From Eledone cirrhosa (lineage: Eukaryota), in NCBI GenBank assembly GCA_964016885.1, contig OZ024742.1, forward strand, positions 283,898,001-283,962,000: 64,000 nucleotides of DNA, in the 5' to 3' direction. This document shows, piece after piece, positions 24,621-36,228 of this stretch. The translations under genes were made by a program, and so were the position numbers. Within the stretch, counting starts at the first letter, position 1, and the number at the start of each line of letters is the position of its first letter. Below the pieces are notes generated by a model that did no database searches, was not told the DNA's origin, and saw only the letters and a list, made by a program, of their open reading frames with translations.

Positions 24621-26729
24621 ATGGCTACGAAAAAGAAATTTCATACGTCACTCCCACTCATTCCGTCTTCTTCTTCCTCAATCATCACTACAGCAGAGAG
24701 AAGATTGTCTCTCTCCCTCCCTTCTTTAAATGTGTCTCTCTCCCTCCCTTCTCTTTCGCAAGTGACGAAAGAAAAGAAAAGTCTCGTGCAAAGCGTGCAA
24801 GGTTTCTCCACGACGACGACGACAGCGACGAAACAGGTGTGCGGGAAATACGAAAACCCAGTTCATTCGTCTGACGTCAGGAATAATAGCAGTAGCAACC
24901 GTAATAACAACAGCAACAGTGACAATGAAAACAACAGTAGCAGCCGCAACAGCATCACCAGCAGCATAAACAACAACAGCATTAGCAGCAGCAACACCAA
25001 CAACAACCACAGCAACAGCGGCGGAGGCAGTAGTCGTAGTACCTGCAGCAACAACAAAAGTACCAGCAGCTCTGACGACAACAACAACAATAGCAGCAAA
25101 GAAAAACCAATCTCATTTGCAGGCATTGCGAAAAACTTGGAAACAATCCTCATAACAAATGAGGAATTAGAGGAAGCGAAGAAGATGGTGACAAAGAATG
25201 GACACCGAGCAATCTGCAAGGCAGCGGAAACATTTTTCGAAACCCAACAGCACTGTACGGTCACGTACCGTACAGTAAGTACAAAATCCCGTAGGGTGGA
25301 AAGAGCCACAGAGGCTCAGATACAAAAAGCCTTGGGGTCTGTGTGGCAGCGGAAAACGCACATCACCCGAGGCAAAAAATATGCCACCGTAGACGTACTT
25401 TTTGCCACACCCCAGGAGGCAAAGGCCCAATCAGTAGTGACCCTAAGGAGCGAGGAAATGGTGTTGGTGCCCTCCTACTGCGGGCAAAAAATTGTGAGGG
25501 TCAAACTGACCCACGTCCCCCCCGGAATGGCCCCTTCTTGGCTGGCCGCGTCTGTCCTCGTCGGAATCGAGGACAAAACAACTGTACTGCAAGTACAGAA
25601 AAAAGTAAGAGAAGATTGGGTCGGCACCTCCATTGAGATGCTAATCCAAACCAACCAGGAGTGCATCGAAGCTATCCGGGATGTGATAGACTTCGATAAC
25701 GGCACTCAACTGCCCATAAGTGTTGAGGGCAAACGCCCGAAATGCTTTCGCTGTGGATCGAAGACTCACCTCAGGGCCTTCTGCAACGAGAAGACCCTGA
25801 GAAAGGAGAAAACCCCCCTCCTTCCGAATCCGGCTCCACGGCTACCAGCAACAGGACAAGCGGCAACCAGGAACGATAGGTCCGTGGCACCCATACCCAC
25901 TCCACGGAAATCAAAAACAGCAGCAGCAGTGGAAATATTAACAACAACAACAGCAATACCAAATGCAGCTGCAACAGAGACTCCAGTGCAAACATCACCA
26001 ACAACAACAAGTGAAAGAGTGGAGCTGGTACCCCTCCCCGACCTCACAGAATCAGACATGGAGTGTGAGGTGGGAGAGGGATGGCAAAAGGTCGTAAGAA
26101 GGCACAAACGCAGAAGCAGCGCATCGTCGCCTTTGAAAAGGGAGGAAAGAAATGAGAAAAGGGTAAAGTCTACTGCAAAGAGACCCACAGCAGCAACAGC
26201 ACCAACACCATCACCACCCACACTAGCACCACCATCACCACCGGCGACAACCCCACCGCCAACAACAACAACACCTTCAACACCACCACCACAAGCACCA
26301 ACATCGCAAACACAACAACAAAACACACACACCCAGCAACAACGACAAGAAAATAGCAGAACCACACCCCACCCCCAGAAAAACAAATGCACGGCAATAA
26401 ATACACACAACAAGAAACTAATGACTTACATAATTGAACACACAGACATTTCACAACAGGACTACATAATACCAGCACCAATCAAAACGCCAACTAACAT
26501 AAGACTGCTAAAAATAGCACAGAAACAATACACAAACATTAAAACGAAATTCCCCAACGCAGTTGGTGATTTCAGGGACCTAGGAGGAACCATCAATCGA
26601 AGAGTATATTCAGACATTCTCCTAGAAGAGCCGACGACCAGCCGAAGGGACGATTCAACGGCCCCTTCACCAGACGATCAAGTGAAAAGGGATGTAAAAA
26701 CCATCCCTCCTCTACCAAAAGTACGGTAA
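24621..26729 (+). CDS. Tx1 ORF1 gag-like protein, 702 aa
   Basis: Open frame with CCHC knuckle CFRCGSKTHLRAFC and N/S-rich and P/T-rich low-complexity regions. Confidence 0.85.
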   Translation: MATKKKFHTSLPLIPSSSSSIITTAERRLSLSLPSLNVSLSLPSLSQVTKEKKSLVQSVQGFSTTTTTATKQVCGKYENPVHSSDVRNNSSSNRNNNSNSDNENNSSSRNSITSSINNNSISSSNTNNNHSNSGGGSSRSTCSNNKSTSSSDDNNNNSSKEKPISFAGIAKNLETILITNEELEEAKKMVTKNGHRAICKAAETFFETQQHCTVTYRTVSTKSRRVERATEAQIQKALGSVWQRKTHITRGKKYATVDVLFATPQEAKAQSVVTLRSEEMVLVPSYCGQKIVRVKLTHVPPGMAPSWLAASVLVGIEDKTTVLQVQKKVREDWVGTSIEMLIQTNQECIEAIRDVIDFDNGTQLPISVEGKRPKCFRCGSKTHLRAFCNEKTLRKEKTPLLPNPAPRLPATGQAATRNDRSVAPIPTPRKSKTAAAVEILTTTTAIPNAAATETPVQTSPTTTSERVELVPLPDLTESDMECEVGEGWQKVVRRHKRRSSASSPLKREERNEKRVKSTAKRPTAATAPTPSPPTLAPPSPPATTPPPTTTTPSTPPPQAPTSQTQQQNTHTQQQRQENSRTTPHPQKNKCTAINTHNKKLMTYIIEHTDISQQDYIIPAPIKTPTNIRLLKIAQKQYTNIKTKFPNAVGDFRDLGGTINRRVYSDILLEEPTTSRRDDSTAPSPDDQVKRDVKTIPPLPKVR

Positions 26730-26764
26730 GTGGTCTTTCCCATCTTTTCCACTCTATTTTAAAC

Positions 26765-29700
26765 ATGACCTCACTCAGAATAGGCAGCATAAATGCGCGT
26801 GGCTTGGGCTCGTCATGGAAGCAGGGTCACCTGCTCAACGACCTCAGGTCACTAAACATAGATGTAGTGGCCATCAGCGAGACCAGAATCTCCGAAGCAC
26901 GGGCCTTCGCACCGATCTTCGGCGGCTACGATGTGTACGCATCTCCCAGCCGTCCTGGATCGGGTAGAGGAGTTGCTGTGCTTTTTCGGAGAGGTTTGGA
27001 TCTCGCCATACGGGCCATCTTCCTGGACCCAGAGGGTAAGCTGGTGGTGCTGGACGTGACCAGCGGAGACGGGCAAGCTTTCAGGCTAGTGGCCGTCTAT
27101 GCCCCGACAGGAGCAGGGCGGCCTGATTTCTTCCGGCGTCTGGAGACCTTTCTTGGAACGTCCCGCTCTTTAGTGTTAGTGGGCGACTGGAACGGGATCT
27201 TAGATGCACGCTGGGACTGTGTGGGATTAGCGGATAGGGGTGGAGGGTGCAAGAGCCTCACCAACCTGCTCAGGCGTTTTGAACTGTCTGACAGGTACCG
27301 ATTGGATTTCCCGAACGTGCCAATGTGGACTTGGACAAACCGCATAGGGTCATCCAGATCATATCTAGATAGAGTATTTTGTAGGGAAATAGATAGGTCT
27401 AGCATAGGCTGTCCACAATTCAAGATAGTCAGCTACACGGACCACAAATTCGTGATCTGTGTGCTTGACTTAGATAGGCTTCATAGACGAGGACCCGGCT
27501 ACTGGAAGGTAAACGCGTCCTTACCAGCGCGCAAGGCCTACAGAGACCGGATTAGCGAACTAGTTAAGCGGGCGTTGACGGGGGCCATCGTCAACAACAA
27601 GTGGTGGTTTGCTCTGAAAAGAGCGATTAGAATAGAATCGATTAGGTTTAGTAAGGCTTTAGCAATAGAGAAAAATAGAGCAGAGGGAGAACTAGTTAGA
27701 AAATTAGACGAGGCGCTTAGCAAAGGCATTGCGACCGACGTGCTTGCGGCGAAATTGGCCCTTGACCAATTCTTCAATGCAAAGCACGAAGGCTGCGTTG
27801 TCAGAGCAAGGGTGCCTGCTCTCAGACACGAGGGGACGAAAGCCGTTCAATGGGCCCGAGTGGCGAAGGCGCGTCGTGGCAACAAAGCCACGATCCGGTC
27901 TTTGGTGGACCACGACGGGCTATGCTACTCGATCCCGGGCAAATGTGTGAAGCTTTTCAGCGACACTTCGCTCAGCTGTTCGGGGGCAGCGGTGGGCCGG
28001 GTAGAGGGATGGACTTTAGTGTCTACCTCGACGGACTGCCGCGGCTCTCGGCCACTGAGGCGAAGTGTTGCGAAAAGCCGATAACAGCCGCTGATGTAAG
28101 GGAGGCAATGACTGGCTGCACTAGGGGTAAATCGCCTGGTTTGGATGGTCTGCCCTATGAACTTTACGTACAGATGCCAGACTTGTTCGGAGTCCTCTTG
28201 GCGGACGTCTACTGCAACTGGCAACAGAACGTGAGAATTCCCAGTTCTGTGAGCCGAGGAGCGGTGGCACTGCTGAGAAAGGATCCGAACAAGGGGGATA
28301 ACATAGATAATTTCCGGCCCATAACTCTGCTAAACACAGAGTTCAAGATTTTGGCCAAGGTGCTAGCAAAGAGGTTGGCGCTTGTCGTTGGTGGTCTGGT
28401 GGGAGAGGCGCAGACATGCGCCATTCCCGACAGATCCATCCACGACAACCTCCACCTCATGCGATACATCATAGAGAGGGTAGCTAAGGAACCTGGCACG
28501 GGTGGGTCCTTGATCAATTTAGATCAGTCGAAAGCTTTCGATAGGGTCGACCATCGTTACCTAGCGGCAGTCCTGAGGGCGGCTGGCTTTGGGCCCGTCT
28601 TCAGAGGCTGGATCGCTGCCATGCACAGCGACATCTGCTCTGTGGTGAGAGTGAACGGTCACCTGTCGGAACCGTTCAACATCATGCGCTCGGTCCGCCA
28701 AGGATGTCCCCTCTCGTCCCTCTTGTACGTATTGACTCTCGAGCCATTACTGCACAAACTAGAGACGTTGAGGGGAGTCCCGCGCGAACTAGGATGCGGA
28801 AGATCCGTGTCAGCATATGCGGACGATGTCACCGTAGTGGTGTCGAACGCCAAACACATCGAGGCGATCGGCACTACACTAAGAGAATACGAAGCGGTGA
28901 CAGGGGCAATGATCAACCAGGAAAAGTCAGTGGGCCTGCAGCTCGGCACCTGGAGAGGCAGGTCCATGCCGTCCAACAGCGTCGTCGGACGCTGGACGGA
29001 CGGACCGGTTAAATTGCTAGGGGTCTGGTTCGGTCCGGACCTCCAGACGGACAAAAACTGGGACGAGGTGACGAGCAGGGTGGCTTCTCTCACCCAGAAA
29101 TGGGCGGAGAGGAAGCTATCCCTGAAAGGTCGAGCGGAGGTGGCTAACGCGTACATCGCGTCTGTCATCTGCTACCGCCTGACCGTCGTACCTTGTCCTA
29201 AGCCTCGCCTGACTGCGCTGGAGCGTTTGCTCTTTCGCTTTTTGTGGTAGGGACGTGCTCCGATGGTCAGGCGGTCCATCTGTTGTCAACACCCGCTACG
29301 TGGAGGGCTGGGCATGCCGTGGCTGATGATGCGCAGGCACGCGCTCAGGCTACGACATCTCCACCTCTTCCTCGACGGTGATCAGGTGTGGTCGCCGTTT
29401 GCTAGACGCGTATTTCCCCAGCTCGTTTCCTTGACGGAGCTGCAGTCCTGGGTCAAGCGAAGACCGAGAGGGAGCGCCTGGAGACTGGAATGTCTTCAGG
29501 CGCTCACAGCCCTCGACCAATCGGGCAATGTGATCGGTGGAAACTCCACCTCGGCGTTCTATAGAGGATTAGTGGAGGGGAAGAGCGACGACGTACTTGG
29601 GGAAACTCTAGGCGTCGACGAAAATCAACTAGCCAATCTCTTCGGAAGAACTTTCGGGCCAGGGCCTATGGACAACTTCCAGAAATCTCTGGCCTGGCAG

Positions 29701-30183
29701 TGCTACCGAGGAGCCTTGCCAGTTCGGGATAAACTCTACAGGCATGGAGGTGCCGTCAGCCGGGCATGTCCGAGATGCGCGCAGGGCGACGAAACCGTCC
29801 TGCACGCACTCGTCCAGTGTCCGAAAATTGCTGACTTGTGGGTTTATGTCGAACACCTGCTGTCGCGTTTAGGACGGATCCGGCTATCATCTGAGTCCAT
29901 CGTAAGGATTGCCCCGCCCTCCTCCTTTAGCCGGGAAGGGCAGGCAGTTTTTATCTGCCTGGTGGCCATGGTGAAAGAGATAGTATGGTGGACACGTTTG
30001 AAAGGGCTGAAGACGAGCACTTACCTCTTCGGTGATGCTCTGATTGACTTTTTCAAATTTCATTTGAAAAGGAAAATCAGAGTAGAGAGGGAAGTGCTCT
30101 CTTCCCAGCATTTTGTTGAAAGATGGGTGAGAGAAGCAAGAGTGGCCCGAGTGAATGGGCCTACTCTGAGTATATATCTGTAA
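26765..30183 (+). pseudogene. Tx1 ORF2 (APE-RT-zinc finger) with a frameshift near 27920 and a TAG at 29248-29250
   Basis: Compared with copy 2: GGGCTATGC vs GGGCGCATGC, and TGG TAG vs TGG AAG. Confidence 0.9.
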
Positions 30184-30679
30184 ATTAAAAGTGGAAAACT
30201 GGGAGAGGGCACTTGCCTTGGTGGTCAGGGTCATTGTGGCTTTTTACTGGGCTTTCTCCACAAATGTCCCTCCGAAGTCTCCCCCCTATTGGGGAATTTT
30301 TCATTGTTATTTTCATTGTTATTTTTGTTACATCCTCTGTTTTTGTTTTTTTTACACGCAGAAATGCCCATTTGTACCGTCCTGCATTGTCCTGCACTGT
30401 CCTTAATGTCTACTTTATGTAAACCCTTGTGGTTAATAAAGAAATCATTATTATTATTATTATTGAATGCCATGGTTGACGGAGGCTCGGCTCTGTAAGG
30501 TATAGTAATTTTTAACCGTTAAAACAATTGTAAATTGTTTAAAACTTGAACCAAATTGTTGATAAAGACACCCTCCTCCTCGTGAGAGGGGTCTTTCTGT
30601 CCGTCATTTGGCCCTTCGGGGTTAAATAACCAGTTATTGGGGTTTTGTACCCAAAATTTCATTTTAAACAAAAAACAAC

Positions 30680-32773
30680 ATGGCTACGAAAAAGAAATTG
30701 CATACGTCACTCCCGCACATTCCGTCTTCTTCTTCCTCAATCATCACTACAGCAGAGAGAAGATTGTCTCTCTCCCTCCCTTCTTTAAATGTGTCTCTCT
30801 CCCTCCCTTCTCTTTCGCAAGTGACGAAAGAAAAGAAAAGTCTCGTGCAAAGCGTGCAAGGTTTCTCCACGACGACGACGACAGCGACGAAACAGGTGTG
30901 CGGGAAATACGAAAACCCAGTTCATTCGTCTGACGTCAGGAGTAATAGCAGTAGCAGCCGTAATAACAACAGCAACAGTGACAATGAAAACAACAGTAGC
31001 AGCCGCAACAGCATCACCAGCAGCATAAACAACAACAGCATTAGCAGCAGCAACACCAACAACAACCACAGCAACAGCGGCGGAGGCAGTAGTCGTAGTA
31101 CCTGCAGCAACAAAAGTACCAGCAGCTCTGACGACAACAACAACAGCAGAGAAAAACCAATCTCATTTGCAGGTATTGCGAAAAACTTGGAAACAATCCT
31201 CATAACAAATGAGGAATTAGAGGAAGCGAAGAAGATGGTGACAAAGAATGGACACCGAGCAATCTGCAAGGCAGCGAAAAATTTTTTCGAAACCCAAGAG
31301 CACTGTACGGTCACGTACCGTACAGTAAGTACAAAATCCCGTAGGGTGGAAAGAGCCACAGAGGCCCAAATACAAAAAGCCTTGGGGTCTGTGTGGCAGA
31401 GGAAAACGCACATCACCCGAGGCAAAAAATACGCCACCGTAGACGTACTTTTTGCCACACCCCAGGAGGCAAAGGCCCAATCAGTAGTGACCCTAAGGAG
31501 CGAGGAAATGGTGTTGGTGCCCTCCTACTGCGGGCAAAAAATTGTGAGGGTCAAACTGACCCACGTCCCCCCCGGAATGACCCCTTCTTGGCTGGCCGCG
31601 TCTGTCCTCGTCGGAATCAAGGACAAAACAACTGTACTGCAAGTACAGAAAAAAGTAAGAGAAGATTGGGTCGGCTCCTCCATTGAGATGCTAATCCAAA
31701 CCAACCAGGAGTGCATCGAAGCTATCCCGGATGTGATAGACTTCGATAACGGCACTCAACTGCCCATAAGTGTTGAGGGCAAACGCCCGAAATGCTTTCG
31801 CTGTGGATCGAAGACTCACCTCAGGGCCTTCTGCAACGAGAAGACCCTGAGAAAGGAAAAAACCCCCCTCCTTCCGAATCCGGCTCCACGGCTACCAGCA
31901 ACAGGACAAGCGGCAACCAGGAACGATAGGTCCGTGGCACCCATACCCACTCCACGGAAATCAAAGACAGCAGCAGCAGTGGAAATATTAACAACAACAA
32001 CAGCAATACCAAATGCAGCTGCAACAGAGACTCCAGTGCAAACATTACCAACAACAACAAGTGAAAGAGTGGAGCTGGTACCCCTCCCCGACCTTACAGA
32101 ATCAGACATGGAGTGTGAGGTGGGAGAGGGATGGCAAAAGGTCGCAAGAAGGCACAAACGCAGAAGCAGCGCATCGTCGCCTTTGAAAAGGGAGGAAAGA
32201 AATGAGAAAAGGGTAAAGTCTACTGCAAAGAGACCCACAGCAGCAACACCACTAACACCATCACCACCCACACCAGCACCACCATCACCACCGGCGACAA
32301 CCCCACCGCCAACAACACCTTCAACACCACCACCACAAGCACCAACATCGCAAACACAACAACAAAACACACACACCCAGCAACAACGACAAGAAAATAG
32401 CAGAACCACACCCCACCCCCAGAAAAACAAATGCACGGCAATAAACACACACAACAAGAAACTAATGACTTACATAATTGAACACACAGACATTTCACAA
32501 CAGGACTACATAATACCAGCACCAATCAAAACGCCAACTAACATAAGACTGCTAAAAATAGCACAGAAACAATACACAAACATTAAAACGAAATTCCCCA
32601 ACGCAGTTGGTGATTTCAGGGACCTAGGAGGAACCATTAATCGAAGAGTATATTCAGACATTCTCTTAGAAGAGCCGACGACCAGCCGAAGGGACGATTC
32701 AACGGTCCCTTCACCAGACGATCAAGTGAAAAGGGATGTAAAAACCATCCCTCCTCTACCAAAAGTACGGTAA
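30680..32773 (+). CDS. Tx1 ORF1 gag-like protein, 697 aa
   Basis: Open frame with CCHC knuckle. Confidence 0.87.
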   Translation: MATKKKLHTSLPHIPSSSSSIITTAERRLSLSLPSLNVSLSLPSLSQVTKEKKSLVQSVQGFSTTTTTATKQVCGKYENPVHSSDVRSNSSSSRNNNSNSDNENNSSSRNSITSSINNNSISSSNTNNNHSNSGGGSSRSTCSNKSTSSSDDNNNSREKPISFAGIAKNLETILITNEELEEAKKMVTKNGHRAICKAAKNFFETQEHCTVTYRTVSTKSRRVERATEAQIQKALGSVWQRKTHITRGKKYATVDVLFATPQEAKAQSVVTLRSEEMVLVPSYCGQKIVRVKLTHVPPGMTPSWLAASVLVGIKDKTTVLQVQKKVREDWVGSSIEMLIQTNQECIEAIPDVIDFDNGTQLPISVEGKRPKCFRCGSKTHLRAFCNEKTLRKEKTPLLPNPAPRLPATGQAATRNDRSVAPIPTPRKSKTAAAVEILTTTTAIPNAAATETPVQTLPTTTSERVELVPLPDLTESDMECEVGEGWQKVARRHKRRSSASSPLKREERNEKRVKSTAKRPTAATPLTPSPPTPAPPSPPATTPPPTTPSTPPPQAPTSQTQQQNTHTQQQRQENSRTTPHPQKNKCTAINTHNKKLMTYIIEHTDISQQDYIIPAPIKTPTNIRLLKIAQKQYTNIKTKFPNAVGDFRDLGGTINRRVYSDILLEEPTTSRRDDSTVPSPDDQVKRDVKTIPPLPKVR

Positions 32774-32808
32774 GTGGTCTTTCCCATCTTTTCCACTCTA
32801 TTTTAAAC

Positions 32809-35800
32809 ATGACCTCACTCAGAATAGGCAGCATAAATGCGCGTGGCTTGGGGTCGTCATGGAAGCAGGGTCACCTGCTCAACGACCTCAGGTCACTAAA
32901 CATAGATGTAGTGGCCATCAGCGAGACCAGAATCTCCGAAGCACGGGCCTTCGCACCGATCTTCGGCGGCTACGATGTGTACGCATCTCCCAGCCGTCCT
33001 GGATCGGGTGGAGGAGTTGCTGTGCTTTTTCGGAGAGGTTTGGATCTCGCCATACGGGCCATCTTCCTGGACCCAGAGGGTAAGCTGGTGGTGCTGGACG
33101 TGACCAGCGGAGACGGGCAAGCTTTCAGGCTAGTGGCCGTCTATGCCCCGACAGGAGCAGGGCGGCCTGATTTCTTCCGGCGTCTGGAGACCTTTCTTGG
33201 AACGTCCCGCTCTTTAGTGTTAGTGGGCGACTGGAACGGGATCTTAGATGCACGCTGGGACTGTGTGGGATTAGCGGATAGGGGTGGAGGGTGCAAGAGC
33301 CTCACCAACCTGCTCAGGCGTTTTGAACTGTCTGACAGGTACCGATTGGATTTCCCGAATGTGCCAATGTGGACTTGGACAAACCGCATAGGGTCATCCA
33401 GATCATATCTAGATAGAGTATTTTGTAGGGAAATAGATAGGTCTAGCATAGGCTGTCCACAATTCAAGATAGTCAGCTACACGGACCACAAATTCGTGAC
33501 CTGTGTGCTTGACTTAGATAGGCTTCATAGACGAGGACCCGGCTACTGGAAGCTAAACGCGTCCTTACCAGCGCGCAAGGCCTACAGAGACCGGATTAGC
33601 GAACTAGTTAAGCGGGCGTTGACGGGGGCCATCGTCAACAACAAGTGGTGGTTTGCTCTGAAAAGAGCGATTAGAATAGAATCGATTAGGTTTAGTAAGG
33701 CTTTAGCAATAGAGAAAAATAGAGCAGAGGGAGAACTAGTTAGAAAATTAGACGAGGCGCTTAGCAAAGGCATTGCGACCGACGTGCTTGCGGCGAAATT
33801 GGCCCTTGACCAATTCTTCAATGCAAAGCACGAAGGCTGCGTTGTCAGAGCTAGGGTGCGTGCTCTCAGACACGAGGGGACGAAAGCCGTTCAATGGGCC
33901 CGAGTGGCGGAGGCGCGTCGTGGCAACAAAGCCACGATCCGGTCTTTGGTGGACCACGACGGGCGCATGCTACTCGATCCCGGGAAAATGTGTGAAGCTT
34001 TTCAGCGACACTTCGCTCAGCTGTTCGGGGGCAGCGGGGGGCCGGGTAGAGGGATGGACTTTAGTGTCTACCTCGACGGACTGCCGCGGCTCTCGGCCAC
34101 TGAGGCGAAGTGTTGCGAAAAGCCGATAACAGCCGCTGAAGTAAGGGAGGCAATGACTGGCTGCACAAGGGGTAAATCGCTTGGTTTGGATGGTCTGCCC
34201 TATGAACTTTACGTACAGATGCCAGACTTGTTCGGAGGCCTCTTGGCGGACGTCTACTGCAACTGGCAACAGAACGGGAGAATTCCCAGTTCTGTGAGCC
34301 GAGGAGCGGTGGCACTGCTGAGAAAGGATCCGAACAAGGGGGATAACATAGACAATTTCCGGCCCATAACTCTGCTAAACACAGAGTTTAAGATTTTGGC
34401 CAAGGTGCTAGCAAAGAGGTTGGCGCTTGTCGTTGGTGGTCTGGTGGGAGAGGCGCAGACATGCGCCATTCCCGACAGATCCATCCACGACAACCTCCAC
34501 CTCATGCGATACATCGTAGAGAGGGTAGCTAGGGAACCTGGCACGGGTGGGTCCTTGATCAATTTAGATCAGTCGAAAGCTTTCGATAGGGTCGACCATC
34601 GTTACCTAGCGGCAGTCCTGAGGGCGGCTGGCTTTGGGCCCGTCTTCAGAGGCTGGATCGCTGCCATGCACAGCGACATCTGCTCTGTGGTGAGAGTGAA
34701 CGGTCACCTGTCGGAACCGTTCAACATCATGCGCTCGGTCCGCCAAGGATGTCCCCTCTCGTCCCTCTTGTACGTATTGACTCTCGAGCCATTACTGCAC
34801 AAACTGGAGACGTTGAGGGGGGTCCCGCGCGAACTAGGATGCGGAAGATCCGTATCAGCATATGCGGACGATGTCACCGTAGTGGTGTCGAACGCCAAAC
34901 ACATCGAGGCGATCGGCACTACACTAAGAGAATACGAAGCGGTGACAGGAGCAATGATCAACCAGGAAAAGTCAGTGGGCCTGCAGCTCGGCACCTGGAG
35001 AGGCAGGTCCATGCCGTCCAACAGCGTCGTCGGACGCTGGACGGACGGACCGGTTAAATTGCTAGGGGTCTGGTTCGGTCCGGACCTCCAGACGGACAAA
35101 AACTGGGACGAGGTGACGAGCAGGGTGGCTTCTCTCACCCAGAAATGGGCCGAGAGGAAGCTATCCCTGAAAGGTCGAGCGGAGGTGGCTAACGCGTACA
35201 TCGCGTCCGTCATCTGCTACCGCCTGACCGTCGTACCTTGTCCTAAGCCTCGCCTGACTGTGCTGGAGCGTTTGCTCTTTCGCTTTTTGTGGAAGGGGCG
35301 CGCTCCGATGGTCAGGCGGTCCATCTGTTGTCAACACCCGCTACGTGGAGGGCTGGGCATGCCGTGGCTGATGATGCGCAGGCACGCGCTCAGGCTACGA
35401 CATCTCCACCTCTTCCTCGACGGTGATCAGGTGTGGTCGCCGTTTGCTAGACGCGTGTTTCCGCAGCTCGTTTCCTTGACGGAGCTGCAGTCCTGGGTCA
35501 AGCGAAGACCGAGAGGGAGCGCCTGGAGACTGGAATGTCTTCAGGCGCTCACAGCCCTCGACCAATCGGGCAATGTGATCGGTGGAAACTCCACCTCGGC
35601 GTTCTATAGAGGATTAGTGGAGGGGAAGAGCGACGACGTACTTGGGGAAACTCTAGGCGTCGACGAAAATCAACTAGCCAATCTCTTCGGAAGAACTTTC
35701 GGGCCAGGGCCTATGGACAACTTCCAGAAATCTCTGGCCTGGCAGTGCTACCGAGGAGCCTTGCCAGTTCGGGATAAACTCTACAGGCATGGAGGTGCCG

Positions 35801-36228
35801 TCAGCCGGGCATGTCCGAGATGCGCGCAGGGCGACGAAACCGTCCTGCACGCACTCGTCCAGTGTCCGAAAATTGCTGACTTGTGGGTTTATGTCGAACA
35901 CCTGCTGTCGCGTTTAGGACGGATCCAGCTATCATCTGAGTCTATCGTGAGGATTGCCCCGCCCTCCTCCTTTAGCCGGGAAGGGCAGGCAGTTTTTATC
36001 TGTCTGGTGGCCATGGCGAAAGAGATAGTATGGTGGACACGTTTGAAAGGGCTGAAGACGAGCACTTACCTCTTCGGTGATGCTCTGATTGACTTTTTCA
36101 AATTTCATTTGAAAAGGAAAATCAGAGTAGAGAAGGAAGTGCTCTCTTCCCAGCATTTTGTTGAAAGATGGGTGAGAGAAGCAAGAATGGCCCGAGTGAA
36201 TGGGCCGACTCTGAGTATATATCTGTAA
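32809..36228 (+). CDS. Tx1 ORF2: AP endonuclease + reverse transcriptase + C-terminal zinc finger, 1139 aa
   Basis: SINARGL, ISETR, GDWN, YLDR, TDH; FRPITLLN, DQSKAFDRV, RQGCPLS, YADD; CPRC-x8-H-x4-C. Confidence 0.95.
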   Translation: MTSLRIGSINARGLGSSWKQGHLLNDLRSLNIDVVAISETRISEARAFAPIFGGYDVYASPSRPGSGGGVAVLFRRGLDLAIRAIFLDPEGKLVVLDVTSGDGQAFRLVAVYAPTGAGRPDFFRRLETFLGTSRSLVLVGDWNGILDARWDCVGLADRGGGCKSLTNLLRRFELSDRYRLDFPNVPMWTWTNRIGSSRSYLDRVFCREIDRSSIGCPQFKIVSYTDHKFVTCVLDLDRLHRRGPGYWKLNASLPARKAYRDRISELVKRALTGAIVNNKWWFALKRAIRIESIRFSKALAIEKNRAEGELVRKLDEALSKGIATDVLAAKLALDQFFNAKHEGCVVRARVRALRHEGTKAVQWARVAEARRGNKATIRSLVDHDGRMLLDPGKMCEAFQRHFAQLFGGSGGPGRGMDFSVYLDGLPRLSATEAKCCEKPITAAEVREAMTGCTRGKSLGLDGLPYELYVQMPDLFGGLLADVYCNWQQNGRIPSSVSRGAVALLRKDPNKGDNIDNFRPITLLNTEFKILAKVLAKRLALVVGGLVGEAQTCAIPDRSIHDNLHLMRYIVERVAREPGTGGSLINLDQSKAFDRVDHRYLAAVLRAAGFGPVFRGWIAAMHSDICSVVRVNGHLSEPFNIMRSVRQGCPLSSLLYVLTLEPLLHKLETLRGVPRELGCGRSVSAYADDVTVVVSNAKHIEAIGTTLREYEAVTGAMINQEKSVGLQLGTWRGRSMPSNSVVGRWTDGPVKLLGVWFGPDLQTDKNWDEVTSRVASLTQKWAERKLSLKGRAEVANAYIASVICYRLTVVPCPKPRLTVLERLLFRFLWKGRAPMVRRSICCQHPLRGGLGMPWLMMRRHALRLRHLHLFLDGDQVWSPFARRVFPQLVSLTELQSWVKRRPRGSAWRLECLQALTALDQSGNVIGGNSTSAFYRGLVEGKSDDVLGETLGVDENQLANLFGRTFGPGPMDNFQKSLAWQCYRGALPVRDKLYRHGGAVSRACPRCAQGDETVLHALVQCPKIADLWVYVEHLLSRLGRIQLSSESIVRIAPPSSFSREGQAVFICLVAMAKEIVWWTRLKGLKTSTYLFGDALIDFFKFHLKRKIRVEKEVLSSQHFVERWVREARMARVNGPTLSIYL

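Larger units (their letters stand above)
24407..30464 (+). mobile_element. Full-length Tx1/L1-clade LINE, subfamily A, copy 1 (ORF2 disrupted)
   Basis: 5' UTR, ORF1, ORF2, 3' UTR, AATAAA and (TTA)n tail. Near-identical to the next copy (period 6058). Confidence 0.93.

Noticed and set aside
25766-26413. Antisense ORFs within Tx1 ORF1 (also 31816-32457 and 61099-61671)
   Set aside because: Shadow frames of low-complexity Pro/Thr-rich coding sequence, with no recognisable domain.
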